Virus record (IMG/VR): IMGVR_UViG_3300021958_000024
Length of the DNA: 64,000 bases
DNA from: a virus
Lineage: Duplodnaviria; Caudoviricetes
Strand: one strand, 5' to 3'
Position numbers and translations under genes: made by a program. The number at the start of each line of letters is the position of its first letter. Position 1 is the first letter of the stretch. The notes below the pieces were generated by a model. The model ran no database searches and was not told the origin of the DNA. It was given only the letters and a program-made list of their open reading frames with translations. Positions 11,497 through 22,254 of this stretch are shown here, one piece after another.

Positions 11497-11955
11497 ATGA
11501 AAAAAGCATTTGATGGTTTAGACGATGCATTTAATATTAAAAATGATACTGATGAAAATAAAAATGAAGAAAAAATAAAAGAAGTTGAAGTTTTACCAGA
11601 TAATGATCAAAAAATAGTAAAACAAAGTAAAGAAGAACATATTGATAAAGACTATGATTATACTAGAGGAAATCTTTACTCTATTATAGAAAAGGGTCAA
11701 GAAGCTATTAATGGTGTCTTAGAGTTAGCACAAGAAACTGACTCTCCAAGAGCATATGAAGTTCTTGGGCAACTTATTAAAAACGTGTCTGATACCACAG
11801 ATAAGTTAATGGATCTTCAAAAGAAGATTAAGGATATGGAAGAAGAAAAGCAAAAAGGTCCCACAAATGTTACTAATAATGCAATGTTTTTTGGATCTAC
11901 AGCGGATCTATCCAAGTTTTTAAAACAGCAGCAAAATAATACTGATGATAAATAA
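11497..11955 (+). CDS. gp16: Terminase small subunit gp16
   Basis: DYDYTRGNLY, SPRAYEV, TNNAMFFGSTADL. Confidence 0.9.
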   Translation: MKKAFDGLDDAFNIKNDTDENKNEEKIKEVEVLPDNDQKIVKQSKEEHIDKDYDYTRGNLYSIIEKGQEAINGVLELAQETDSPRAYEVLGQLIKNVSDTTDKLMDLQKKIKDMEEEKQKGPTNVTNNAMFFGSTADLSKFLKQQQNNTDDK

Positions 11956-11978
11956 TACGTGGAAGATTAGTAATAAAA

Positions 11979-12848
11979 ATGTCATTCAATCATCCTATCA
12001 ACAAAACAGCACATTCTTCTGCAAAAAAGCAGAACAAAATTGCTGCTATGAAAAAATCTCCAAATGAAAACGAAAGGAAGGTTGCTGACAAAAAGTTACG
12101 TCCATCCGCAAAAGTTGATGTTCCAAGCTTTCTGAAAAACGAAGTTTCATTAGTCGATAAAATCGTAGAAGAAATCATTCAAGAGAAAAAAAATAAAGGA
12201 CTCTGGTCAAATATTCATGCTAAACGTAAGCGTGGAGAATCGCCAGCGAAACCTGGGGATAAGAATTATCCAAAGACTTTGAATGTTGAAGAAAAAGAAA
12301 ACAAAGTAACTATAGAAGATGCTGATGGCAACACATTTTTAGAAGTTGTCGATTTAATCACTCCAGATCCACTAGTTTCAGAAGGGATTGTAAGAATCCC
12401 AGCTAAAACGGGGAACATTGTTTTAGTGGGTCTTACTTGGAGAGGAAGATATCATTCAATAAAGATGTTTTTCCCACAAACAAAGTTCCCCACAAGAACT
12501 GAAGTTCAAAATGAGATAGAAAAGGTCTACCCAGGCGCACGAGTATACAGTTTTAACGTATCCGAGTATGAGCCAGGAAAACCAATGGTCCAAGTCTCTG
12601 AAGGAGCATCTTGGACAAAAAAAGAAGGAAAGAATGAATCTGGAGGACTTAATGAAAAGGGACGAAGGTCTTATGAAAAGGAAAATCCAGGATCTGACCT
12701 TAAAGCACCTTCAAAGGAGGTTGGAAATCCCAGACGGGCATCCTTCTGTAGAAGAATGAAAGGAATGAAAACAAAACTGACCTCAAAGAAAACTGCTAAC
12801 GATCCCGATAGCAGAATCAATAAGTCCCTGAGAGCATGGAACTGCTGA
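11979..12848 (+). CDS. Modular hypothetical protein with basic peptide modules
   Basis: 289-aa ORF after an ATAAATA box; modules GLWSNIHAKRKRG and WTKKEGKNESGGLNEKGR...SFCRRM...LRAWNC. Confidence 0.7.
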   Translation: MSFNHPINKTAHSSAKKQNKIAAMKKSPNENERKVADKKLRPSAKVDVPSFLKNEVSLVDKIVEEIIQEKKNKGLWSNIHAKRKRGESPAKPGDKNYPKTLNVEEKENKVTIEDADGNTFLEVVDLITPDPLVSEGIVRIPAKTGNIVLVGLTWRGRYHSIKMFFPQTKFPTRTEVQNEIEKVYPGARVYSFNVSEYEPGKPMVQVSEGASWTKKEGKNESGGLNEKGRRSYEKENPGSDLKAPSKEVGNPRRASFCRRMKGMKTKLTSKKTANDPDSRINKSLRAWNC

Positions 12849-12849
12849 T

Positions 12850-13185
12850 ATGAAATCATTCAAACAGTTTTTATCTGAAAGTATCACTATTAATGGAGAT
12901 TTCAACGGAACTCTTAACGTTGGAGATTCTCATCAAGAACAGACTAAAGAAGAAAATAGTTTCTATGCTGATCTTGTTTGGGAAGGAAAAATATATAGAA
13001 TACAGTTCATGACAAATGAAAATATTCTTCCAACTCCAGCAAACTTAGCAAACCATTTGCAAGATGAGTATCCAGGGGGAATAGTTCATAATGTTTATCC
13101 GATTACAGAAAAAAATAAAAACTATAGAGTTAAATCTGTACAGAGGTATCAACCAGAAGCATTGACATGGAAAACTGAATCTTGA
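12850..13185 (+). CDS. Hypothetical protein with capsid-targeting-like N-terminus (MKSFKQFLSE)
   Basis: ORF in late operon; N-terminus resembles the T4 internal-protein CTS. Confidence 0.7.
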   Translation: MKSFKQFLSESITINGDFNGTLNVGDSHQEQTKEENSFYADLVWEGKIYRIQFMTNENILPTPANLANHLQDEYPGGIVHNVYPITEKNKNYRVKSVQRYQPEALTWKTES

Positions 13186-13193
13186 GGTAGATT

Positions 13194-14516
13194 ATGGCAC
13201 AGTGGAATAAAAATACACAAGACTTTCTCAATCAAGAAAGAAGTCTATTTGAGGTTAATGGTGTTGCAACCAGAGATGGTAAGATTGTAGATAAATTTAA
13301 TAGATTTCCAGTTGATGTTCTTCCAGCAAATGCAGATGCTTTTGGAAGAACAAGAGTATCAAGTCCATTAACTCTTTTTGATTCATCTCACAGATATAAA
13401 GATAACAATCTTTGGGATAGTTTGTTAGTAGGCACAGGTTCTACAGTTGGTTTCGTAACCACACAAGGTTTAATAAACATAGGTATTGGAACCACTGCTG
13501 GTTGTTCTGCAATTAGAGAAACCACAAAAGTATTTTCATATCAACCAGGAAAGTCATTATTAGTATTGAATACTTTTGTTCCTGCAACACCAAAAGCAAA
13601 TCTAAGGCAAAGAATTGGATATTTTGGTGCAGATAATGGAATGTATTTTGAGATTGATGGAACTACTGCATATTTCGTAGAAAGAAGTTTATCAACTGGA
13701 ACAGAAACAAGAGTAGCACAGACAGATTGGAATATTGATAAGTTAGATGGAACTGGCATTTCTGGAATTACTTTAGATATTACTAAAGCACAAATCCTTT
13801 GGATGGATATTGAGTGGTTAGGACTTGGTACAGTTAGAATTGGTTTTGTGATTAACGGTCAGTTTATTCATTGCCATTCATTCCATCACGCAAATATTAT
13901 TCAATCAACTTATATTACAACAGCATCATTACCTTTGAGATATGAGATTAGTAATACTGGAATTACTACAAGTTCAAGCACACTCAAACAGGTTTGTTCT
14001 TCTGTGGTTTCAGAAGGTGGTTATGATCTTCGTGGATTACAACAGGCAGTACAAACACCAATTACAGCACCAGTAGATTTACCTTCACCAGCAGGAACTT
14101 ATTATCCAGTACTTTCAATTCGTCTCAAATCTTCTCCAAATAGATTAGATGCAATTGTTATTTTGACTGCATTATCAATTATGGGAACGGGAAATGGACC
14201 ATTGTTTAATTGGCAACTGAGAGCATCAGCAACTACATCAGGTGGAACTTGGGTAAGTTCTGGGGTTGATGGTGCAGTTGAATATAAGATTGATGGTGGA
14301 ACTGTGAGTGGTGGAAGAATATTAGCATCTGGATTTTTCTCATCAACTAATCAATCACAAGCATCAGTAGATATTCTCAAAGAAGCACTCTTTAAGTTCC
14401 AGTTAGAACGAAATGGATTAACTGGAACTCCTTATGAATTAACACTTGTTTGTTCTACTGATACTTCTGGTGCTAATGTTTTTGCTTCACTGGACTGGGA
14501 AGAAATTAGTAGGTAA
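13194..14516 (+). CDS. Hypothetical beta-rich putative virion protein
   Basis: 440 aa, Gly/Thr/Ser-rich, GAGG SD, lies between gp16 and gp17. Confidence 0.65.
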   Translation: MAQWNKNTQDFLNQERSLFEVNGVATRDGKIVDKFNRFPVDVLPANADAFGRTRVSSPLTLFDSSHRYKDNNLWDSLLVGTGSTVGFVTTQGLINIGIGTTAGCSAIRETTKVFSYQPGKSLLVLNTFVPATPKANLRQRIGYFGADNGMYFEIDGTTAYFVERSLSTGTETRVAQTDWNIDKLDGTGISGITLDITKAQILWMDIEWLGLGTVRIGFVINGQFIHCHSFHHANIIQSTYITTASLPLRYEISNTGITTSSSTLKQVCSSVVSEGGYDLRGLQQAVQTPITAPVDLPSPAGTYYPVLSIRLKSSPNRLDAIVILTALSIMGTGNGPLFNWQLRASATTSGGTWVSSGVDGAVEYKIDGGTVSGGRILASGFFSSTNQSQASVDILKEALFKFQLERNGLTGTPYELTLVCSTDTSGANVFASLDWEEISR

Positions 14517-14519
14517 TTT

Positions 14520-16166
14520 ATGAGTGACGTATATCTTGGTAATCCTCTACTCAAAAAGGCAAACACCCCTATTGAGTTTACTGAAGAGCAGATTATTGAA
14601 TTTTTAAAGTGTAAAGAAGATCCTGTCTACTTTGCACACAATCATATTAAGATTGTCTCCCTTGATGAAGGTCTAACTCAGTTTCATCCTTACGATTTTC
14701 AGGAGAAGTTAATATGCAACTTCCACAAAAATAGATTTAATATATGCAAAATGCCTCGTCAGACTGGAAAGTCTACAACTGTTGTATCATACCTTTTACA
14801 TTATCTCATCTTTAATGATAGTGTCAACATTGGTATTCTTGCAAACAAAGCGGCAACTGCTAGAGAACTATTAGGAAGGTTAGCTACTGCATATGAAAAC
14901 TTGCCCAAATGGATGCAGCAGGGTATCATTGCATGGAACCGTGGTAACATTGAGTTAGAAAATGGCAGTAAGATATTGGCAGCTTCTACATCTGCAAGTG
15001 CTGTCCGAGGTATGTCGTTTAACATCCTCTTTCTCGACGAGTTCGCGTTCGTCCCAAATCACATTGCTGACTCGTTCTTTGCATCTGTTTATCCTACTAT
15101 TACTTCTGGTAAAAGCACGAAAGTAATCATGGTTTCTACCCCTCATGGTATGAACCATTTTTATCGTTTTTGGCATGATGCTGAAAGAAAAAAGAACGAA
15201 TATGTTCCTACAGAAGTTCATTGGTCTGAGGTTCCTGGTAGAGATGCTGCTTGGAAAGCACAAACTATCGCCAATACTTCAGAACAGCAGTTCAAAGTTG
15301 AGTTTGAATGTGAGTTCTTAGGATCTGTAGATACCCTTATTGCACCATCAAAGTTAAAATCTTTGGTTTATTCGGATCCAATAAAAAGAAATGTTGGATT
15401 AGATATCTACGAAAACTCTAAGGAAAATCATGATTATGTCATTACAGTAGACGTTGCCAGAGGAGTTAGTGAAGACTATTCGGCATTTATTGTTACAGAT
15501 ATAACAGAGTTTCCTCATAGAGTAGTTGCAAAGTATAGGAATAATGAGATTAAACCTATGCTATTTCCAAATATCATATATGAAGTAGCAAAAAGTTATA
15601 ATGGAGCATATATTTTATGTGAAGTGAATGATATTGGCGATCAAGTAGCATCATTGCTCCACTATGATCTAGAATATCAGAATGTTTTGATGTGCTCTAT
15701 GAGAGGAAGAGCAGGTCAGATTGTTGGACAAGGATTTTCAGGCAAAAAAACTCAGTTGGGAGTTAAGATGTCGAAGACTGTTAAAAAGGTCGGCGCTCTT
15801 AACCTAAAAACTATGATCGAAGAAGATAAACTAATCTTCAATGATTATGAGATTATATCTGAGCTAACAACCTTTATTTCAAAAAACAACTCATTTGAAG
15901 CGGAAGATGGGTGTAATGATGACCTTGCTATGTGCTTGGTAATATATGCTTGGTTGGTTTCCCAAGATTATTTTAAAGAACTTACAGATCAGGATATTAG
16001 AAAAAGACTATACGAAGAACAAAAGAATCAAATAGAACAAGATATGTCTCCATTTGGATTTATTGTGGATGGGTTAGATGATGGTCAATCTTTTGTAGAT
16101 GAATCTGGAGACAGATGGTTTACTGATGAATATGGTGATATGTCATATATGTGGGAGTATATGTGA
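14520..16166 (+). CDS. gp17: Terminase large subunit gp17
   Basis: Walker A PRQTGKS, Walker B ILFLDEFAF, STPHG, nuclease VDVARG and NDDL. Confidence 0.97.
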   Translation: MSDVYLGNPLLKKANTPIEFTEEQIIEFLKCKEDPVYFAHNHIKIVSLDEGLTQFHPYDFQEKLICNFHKNRFNICKMPRQTGKSTTVVSYLLHYLIFNDSVNIGILANKAATARELLGRLATAYENLPKWMQQGIIAWNRGNIELENGSKILAASTSASAVRGMSFNILFLDEFAFVPNHIADSFFASVYPTITSGKSTKVIMVSTPHGMNHFYRFWHDAERKKNEYVPTEVHWSEVPGRDAAWKAQTIANTSEQQFKVEFECEFLGSVDTLIAPSKLKSLVYSDPIKRNVGLDIYENSKENHDYVITVDVARGVSEDYSAFIVTDITEFPHRVVAKYRNNEIKPMLFPNIIYEVAKSYNGAYILCEVNDIGDQVASLLHYDLEYQNVLMCSMRGRAGQIVGQGFSGKKTQLGVKMSKTVKKVGALNLKTMIEEDKLIFNDYEIISELTTFISKNNSFEAEDGCNDDLAMCLVIYAWLVSQDYFKELTDQDIRKRLYEEQKNQIEQDMSPFGFIVDGLDDGQSFVDESGDRWFTDEYGDMSYMWEYM

Positions 16167-16393
16167 TGGATCTAGATGATCAGTTTCAAACCGAACACTT
16201 ATATCTTACAGAAAGAAAATGCAGAACTTGTGGCGAAACTAAAGACCTTATTGATGGTTTTTACAAGATGAGAAAAAATAAATATAATCCGTCATCATAT
16301 TCATATGAGTGCAAAGAATGCACAATAAAGAGAGTTGTAACTAGCAGAATGACTAATAGAGTCTTTGATAAATGGGAATATCCTGACTGGTAG
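16166..16393 (+). CDS. Small zinc-binding hypothetical protein
   Basis: CRTC...ECKEC; probable start MDLDD at 16166 overlapping the gp17 stop. Confidence 0.7.
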   Translation: MDLDDQFQTEHLYLTERKCRTCGETKDLIDGFYKMRKNKYNPSSYSYECKECTIKRVVTSRMTNRVFDKWEYPDW

Positions 16394-16475
16394 TTGTTCA
16401 TGCATAGTTTTCGCACCTGAAAGTATAGGTTTTAATAAATATTTTCAGATAAACTGAGATACGGAGAACTTAAAA

Positions 16476-18680
16476 ATGGCAACTCCTCAATTGTCTCCTG
16501 GCGTTTTAGTCAGGGAAGTTGACTTAACTGTAGGAAGAGCTGATAATGTACTTGACAATATTGGGGCAATTGCTGGTCCCTTCGTAAAAGGTCCAGTTAA
16601 TGAACCGATTGATATCACTACAGAGCAAGAACTTATTGATGCATTCGGCAAGCCAAGTGGAACAGATTCTCAATATGAGTATTGGATGTCTGCATCATCA
16701 TATCTATCATACGGTGGTGTTCTGAAAGTAGTCAGAACTGGAGACGATCAGTTTAAGAACGCTTCTGCTATTAGAGATGCTAGTGGCGTTTCTATCGCTT
16801 CTACTTCTAACCTTAGAATCTCAAACTACGATAACTATGAAGAGTATTGGGCAGATGATATTGCCGATTACATCTTCGCTGCAAAGAACCCAGGTTCATG
16901 GGCAAATGAGTTAAAGGTTTGTATTGTTGACGATAAAGCAGACCAAACTCTTACTGTTGGAGGTGCTGTTGAAAACATTTCAGTAGGTTTAGCAGTAACT
17001 ACTGCACTATCAAATATTCCATCAGCAGGTATTGGAACAACCTCACTATTCACTGGATACCTAAAAGGTATCGTTACTGGAGTTGGTGCTAGCACAATTG
17101 ACGTTAAAATCGCATCAGTTGTTAACTCTGTTGGAGATGAAACACCAGTTGATTACAAAGAAAGAAGTCAACTAAGATCTTTTAGACCTGGCAATGCAAT
17201 TAAGTTTGTTGGTACTGGTGGGGGAATAATTGCAGTAGCAAATACTACCCTTTCATCCTCTGAAGAGGATGTGCTAGATTGGTATGATCAACAAAAGATT
17301 GAACTAGAAAATGCTACTGTTTTCTGGAGATCTATCGCACCAAAACCAGTAACAAGTGCTTACGTTTCCGAAAGAAGCGGTAAGAACGATGCAATGCACA
17401 TTGCAGTTATTGATGACACTGGATCTGTAACTGGAATCCAAGGAAATCTACTAGAGAAGCATTTATTCCTTTCAAAAGCAACTGACGCAGTTTCTGCAGA
17501 AAATGCTCCACTAAGAATCTGGTGGAAAGAATATCTTGCTAAGTATTCTGATTACATCTATGCTGGCGATAACCCTTCCGATAATCTAAATGCAAATGAA
17601 GAAGTATTTGCTACTGGATTTGGAACTGCTACTACACCAGTAACTGATTCTGATGGTTTATGGAACGAACCAGCACAAAGCAAGATCTTTAGTGCTATTG
17701 GTAACGTAACATACAAACTAACTGGTGGTCTAGACTATAACGGCGAAGCTGACACTACAGAGTCTGGTTCACTAAAAGCAGACTTAGGAAGTCTCTTTAC
17801 TTCATACAGTCTCTTTGAAAATAAAGACGAAATCGAAGTTGACTATCTAATCATGGGTCCTGGAATGGACAATAAGTTTGCTTCACAAGCAAAAGCAAAT
17901 CATCTAATCTCCCTTGCAAATGGAAGAAAAGATTGTATTGCTGTTATTGGACCACACAGAACCGATCTTGTTGGTGTAACAAATAAATCAAAACAAACTG
18001 ATAGTCTTATTGAATACTTTGCTCCACTAGAATCTTCATCATATGCTATCTTTGATAGTGGATATAAGTACACTTACGATCGCTTCAATAATAAGTTCCG
18101 TTATATTCCTTGCAACCCAGACGTTGCAGGTCTATGCGTAAGAACTTCAATCTTTGCTTATCCATGGTTCTCACCAGCAGGTCAGCAAAGAGGTATTTTG
18201 AATAATGCTATTAAACTAGCATACAATCCATCAAAACCACAAAGAGATAAGTTATATCCATCCAGAGTTAACTCTATTGTTAATAAGCCTGGTCTTGGTA
18301 TTCTACTCTTTGGCGATAAAACTGCTTTAGGTTACGCATCTGCATTTGATAGAATCAACGTTCGTAGATTGTTCTTGACCGTTGAACAAGCACTCGCTAG
18401 AACTGCAGAAGCACAACTATTTGAACTAAATGATGAAATTACAAGAGCAAACTTTGTAAATATTGTTGAACCATATCTGAGAGATATTAAAGCTAAGAGA
18501 GGACTTTATGGATTCTTAGTTGTCTGTGATGAATCAAATAACACCCCCGATGTTATTGATAACAATGAGTTTAGAGCAGACATCTTCCTGAAGCCTGCTA
18601 AATCCATTAACTACGTTACTCTCACATTCGTAGCAACTAGAACAGGTGTTGCGTTTGAAGAAGTTGTTGGTACTGTTTGA
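16476..18680 (+). CDS. gp18: Tail sheath protein gp18
   Basis: LSPGVLVREVDLT, PWFSPAG, FDRINVRRLF, KPAKSINYV. Confidence 0.96.
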   Translation: MATPQLSPGVLVREVDLTVGRADNVLDNIGAIAGPFVKGPVNEPIDITTEQELIDAFGKPSGTDSQYEYWMSASSYLSYGGVLKVVRTGDDQFKNASAIRDASGVSIASTSNLRISNYDNYEEYWADDIADYIFAAKNPGSWANELKVCIVDDKADQTLTVGGAVENISVGLAVTTALSNIPSAGIGTTSLFTGYLKGIVTGVGASTIDVKIASVVNSVGDETPVDYKERSQLRSFRPGNAIKFVGTGGGIIAVANTTLSSSEEDVLDWYDQQKIELENATVFWRSIAPKPVTSAYVSERSGKNDAMHIAVIDDTGSVTGIQGNLLEKHLFLSKATDAVSAENAPLRIWWKEYLAKYSDYIYAGDNPSDNLNANEEVFATGFGTATTPVTDSDGLWNEPAQSKIFSAIGNVTYKLTGGLDYNGEADTTESGSLKADLGSLFTSYSLFENKDEIEVDYLIMGPGMDNKFASQAKANHLISLANGRKDCIAVIGPHRTDLVGVTNKSKQTDSLIEYFAPLESSSYAIFDSGYKYTYDRFNNKFRYIPCNPDVAGLCVRTSIFAYPWFSPAGQQRGILNNAIKLAYNPSKPQRDKLYPSRVNSIVNKPGLGILLFGDKTALGYASAFDRINVRRLFLTVEQALARTAEAQLFELNDEITRANFVNIVEPYLRDIKAKRGLYGFLVVCDESNNTPDVIDNNEFRADIFLKPAKSINYVTLTFVATRTGVAFEEVVGTV

Positions 18681-18717
18681 TCATTTTTACCATAAACACT
18701 AAGGAGGCACTAAGAAA

Positions 18718-19338
18718 ATGGCAACACTAAAATCTCTATCTCAGTTTAAAACTAAACTGATTGGTGGTGGAGCAAGACCAAACCTATTTGAAGTTCAACT
18801 ACCATCTGTTCCTGGTGGAATAGATCTAGATATTCAGGGAGACGGAACTGGAATATATGATTCCGAGAACTTTACTTTTCTATGTAAAGCAGCTGCTCTC
18901 CCAGCATCAACAATGAATCCTATTGAGGTTCCTTTTAGAGGTCGCACTTTAAAAGTTGCTGGTGATAGAACCTATGATGTATGGACAGTTACTGTTATCA
19001 ATGACGAAGCATTTGATCACAGAAGAGTATTTGAATCCTGGATGCAGAATATTAACCAATATTCTGATCATAGTGGATTAACAAATCCAATCGATTATAT
19101 GACAGATGCTACTGTTCTTCAACTAGGCAGAGGAAAAGTAAATAGAGAAACTGGAACTGGTAGTGGTGGAAAAGCAAACGTTCTTGCACAATATAAGTTC
19201 AAGGATATTTTCCCAACTAACATTTCTGCTATTGAACTTAGTTATGAAACTAGCGACACCATTGAAGAGTTTACTGTAGATTTCCAAGTCCAGTTCTGGT
19301 ATCCAGAAAAAGCAGGAACTAACATTGCTCAAGGATAA
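18718..19338 (+). CDS. gp19: Tail tube protein gp19
   Basis: GGGARPNLFEV, FRGRTLKVAGDRT, IEEFTVDF. Confidence 0.95.
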   Translation: MATLKSLSQFKTKLIGGGARPNLFEVQLPSVPGGIDLDIQGDGTGIYDSENFTFLCKAAALPASTMNPIEVPFRGRTLKVAGDRTYDVWTVTVINDEAFDHRRVFESWMQNINQYSDHSGLTNPIDYMTDATVLQLGRGKVNRETGTGSGGKANVLAQYKFKDIFPTNISAIELSYETSDTIEEFTVDFQVQFWYPEKAGTNIAQG

Positions 19339-19373
19339 TAAATAGAAACAGTAAATAAGATCTAGGTTAAATA

Positions 19374-21020
19374 ATGTCGAGATTATTTGGTTTCTCTATT
19401 GAGGACGATAAAAATAAAATCTCCAAGAATGTAGTTTCCCCCGTTCCTCAAAACAATGAGGACGGGGTTGACCACTATCTTACGAGTGGATTTTTTGGTA
19501 CTTCAATAGATATTGAAGGTGTCTATAAGACAGAACACGATTTAATCAAAAGATATCGTGAGATGTCGCTTCATCCAGAAGTTGATAGTGCTATTGAGGA
19601 TATTGTAAATGAAGCGATTGTATCCGATACTTATGATATCCCAGTAGAGATAGAACTGTCAAACTTAAATGCTAGTGATGGATTAAAGAAAAGAATTCGA
19701 GAAGAGTTTAAAACAATATTGGAAATAATGGACTTTGATAAAAAGTCCCATGAAATCTATAGAAACTGGTATGTTGACGGAAGGATTTATTATCATAAAC
19801 TTATTGATGTAAAAAATCCTCAAGAAGGAATACAAGAGTTAAGGCACATTGATGCCTTAAAAATGAGATATGTAAGAACAAAGAAGAAGAAAAATAGATT
19901 AGATATCAACATCACAAATGGAAGATCTGACGATCTCGTGAATTTGGATTTTCCAGTTATTGATGAGTATTTTGAGTATAGTCCAAAGACTAGTGGATTA
20001 AATACACAGAATAATCCAACTGGTTCTATCAAAATTGCAAAGGATTCTATTGCATATTGCAGTTCTGGACTAGTTGATAGAAACAAAAATACAGTTCTAT
20101 CGTATCTGCACAAATCAATCAAAGCAGTAAATCAACTTCGTATGATCGAAGATTCTCTTGTAATCTATAGATTATCAAGAGCACCAGAACGTCGTATTTT
20201 TTATATTGATGTTGGAAACCTTCCAAAGATAAAAGCGGAGCAATATCTTCGTGACGTAATGATGCGTTATAGAAACAAGTTAGTTTATGATGGAAGCACA
20301 GGGGAGATCAAAGATGACAAAAAATACATGTCAATGCTTGAAGATTTTTGGTTGCCTCGCAGAGAAGGCGGAAGGGGAACAGAAATCACAACTCTGCCAG
20401 GTGGCCAAAACCTTGGAGAAATCACTGATATTGAGTACTTTAAGAAAAAACTATACAGAGCACTTAATGTTCCACCCTCAAGAATGGATGGAGAAGGTGG
20501 GTTTAACTTGGGCAGATCTTCTGAAATCCTAAGAGATGAACTTAAGTTCACTAAGTTTGTTGGTCGTTTAAGAAAGAGATTCTCAAATCTTTTTAATGAC
20601 ATTTTAAAAACACAACTTATTTTGAAGAATGTTGTGACCCCTGAAGATTGGAAAAAGATGTCAGAACATATTCAATATGATTTCTTATATGATAATCATT
20701 TCTCAGAACTAAAAGAATCTGAGTTAATGGCTGAAAGATTAAATCTTGCAGTGACTGCAGAACCTTATATTGGCAAGTATTTTTCTCAAGACTACGTTAG
20801 AAGAAAAATCATAAGGCAGACTGATGAAGAAATCGTTGAACAAGATAAACTAATCAAAAAAGAAATCAAAGATGGCGTTATTCCTGATCCAAATGCGCCA
20901 ATAGATCCAGAAACTGGTATGCCTTTAGATGACACTATGAATGGTGAAATGGGAGCTGTTCCTTTAGATCCTGGTATTAATGAAAAACCAGTAGAAGCTC
21001 CCAAAGGAGGAGAAATATAA
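19374..21020 (+). CDS. gp20: Portal vertex protein gp20
   Basis: YRLSRAPERRIFYIDVGNLP, EDFWLPRREGGRGTEITTLPGG. Confidence 0.97.
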   Translation: MSRLFGFSIEDDKNKISKNVVSPVPQNNEDGVDHYLTSGFFGTSIDIEGVYKTEHDLIKRYREMSLHPEVDSAIEDIVNEAIVSDTYDIPVEIELSNLNASDGLKKRIREEFKTILEIMDFDKKSHEIYRNWYVDGRIYYHKLIDVKNPQEGIQELRHIDALKMRYVRTKKKKNRLDINITNGRSDDLVNLDFPVIDEYFEYSPKTSGLNTQNNPTGSIKIAKDSIAYCSSGLVDRNKNTVLSYLHKSIKAVNQLRMIEDSLVIYRLSRAPERRIFYIDVGNLPKIKAEQYLRDVMMRYRNKLVYDGSTGEIKDDKKYMSMLEDFWLPRREGGRGTEITTLPGGQNLGEITDIEYFKKKLYRALNVPPSRMDGEGGFNLGRSSEILRDELKFTKFVGRLRKRFSNLFNDILKTQLILKNVVTPEDWKKMSEHIQYDFLYDNHFSELKESELMAERLNLAVTAEPYIGKYFSQDYVRRKIIRQTDEEIVEQDKLIKKEIKDGVIPDPNAPIDPETGMPLDDTMNGEMGAVPLDPGINEKPVEAPKGGEI

Positions 21021-21050
21021 ATAATATTATTGCATTTATAAAATTAAACT

Positions 21051-21224
21051 ATGGATGAACTAATCGACATGATCATTGCTGATAAATCTGCTTCTAGTGT
21101 CAGTGACAAAATCAAAGACGTTTTATATTCAAAAGCGGCTGAAAGAGTAGATTCTTTAAAACCATCAGTAGCAAGTTCTATTTTTGGCGATGAAGAATCT
21201 GAAGATGACACTGAAGAAGAATAA
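21051..21224 (+). CDS. Small acidic-tailed protein, probable prohead core component (gp67/gp68 position)
   Basis: MDELIDMIIADKSASSVSDKIKDVLYSKAAERVDSLKPSVASSIFGDEESEDDTEEE*, 57 aa, follows a TATAAATA at ~21016. Confidence 0.7.
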   Translation: MDELIDMIIADKSASSVSDKIKDVLYSKAAERVDSLKPSVASSIFGDEESEDDTEEE

Positions 21225-21245
21225 ATATCTTAAAAAATAAGTACG

Positions 21246-21524
21246 ATGACACAAAGAACAAGACTGATTGCAGGAGAAACTGCATTAACAACATCCAGCG
21301 GTGATGTGAATACACTTTCAAATGCTACTTGCATTCGAGTTTGGAATGGTCATACAGATACTGCAACTGTAAGCATTGCTAAGAGTACAGAATCTGGTTA
21401 TGCAGGTATTGCATCATTAACGATGGCATCTAAAACTGTTGAGTTTTTAGAAAAAGATGCACAGGATATCATCTGGTCAAATAATACTGCAGTATTGGCG
21501 GCAAAAGTAGCATTCACAAACTAA
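21246..21524 (+). CDS. Hypothetical protein (head module)
   Basis: 92-aa ORF between gp20 and gp21. Confidence 0.65.
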   Translation: MTQRTRLIAGETALTTSSGDVNTLSNATCIRVWNGHTDTATVSIAKSTESGYAGIASLTMASKTVEFLEKDAQDIIWSNNTAVLAAKVAFTN

Positions 21525-21528
21525 TCCA

Positions 21529-22179
21529 ATGAAACTAATCAGAGAAGAAATCGAAAAAGTTGAAGTTCTTACAGAAGGAACTGGAAGAGAAGCAAAACTT
21601 TACATCAAAGGACCATTCTTACAAGCAGAATGTGTAAATCGTAATGGACGTATGTATCCTATGCCCATTATGGAGAAAGAGGTAAAGCGTTATAACGAAC
21701 AATATGTCCAAAAAGGACGTGCTCTTGGAGAACTTGGTCATCCTGATGGTCCCACAGTAAACCTTGATAGAGTTTCACATAAAATTGTAGAACTTTATAA
21801 AGTAGGAAATAACTTTGAAGGTAAGGCACAAATCCTTTCTACACCAATGGGCAAGATCGCAGAATCTTTACTCAAAGATGGTGTAACTCTTGGAGTTTCT
21901 TCCCGTGGCATTGGTTCTTTAGTTACAACTAAAGAAGGATATAAGCAAGTTGGTGAAGATTTTATGTTAGCAACTGCTGCTGATATCGTTGCTGATCCAT
22001 CTGCACCTGATGCATTTGTTCAAGGAATCATGGAAGGAAAAGAATGGGTTTGGGATGGTGGTGTTCTTCGTGAAAAGCTCGCAGAACAAACAAAACGCAA
22101 AATCAATACCCTTGTTGATCAAAGAAGATTAGAAGAGCATAAGATTGATCTCTTCAATAACTTTTTGAATTCACTATAG
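21529..22179 (+). CDS. gp21: Prohead core protease gp21
   Basis: NRNGRMY, ALGELGHP, GVSSRGIGS, DIVADPSAPDA. Confidence 0.96.
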   Translation: MKLIREEIEKVEVLTEGTGREAKLYIKGPFLQAECVNRNGRMYPMPIMEKEVKRYNEQYVQKGRALGELGHPDGPTVNLDRVSHKIVELYKVGNNFEGKAQILSTPMGKIAESLLKDGVTLGVSSRGIGSLVTTKEGYKQVGEDFMLATAADIVADPSAPDAFVQGIMEGKEWVWDGGVLREKLAEQTKRKINTLVDQRRLEEHKIDLFNNFLNSL

Positions 22180-22254
22180 CATATATGGTGGAAATCATTA
22201 AAATATAAATAAATATAGATTTAATACAGTTTAACGTAAATCGGAGAGTTTTAA

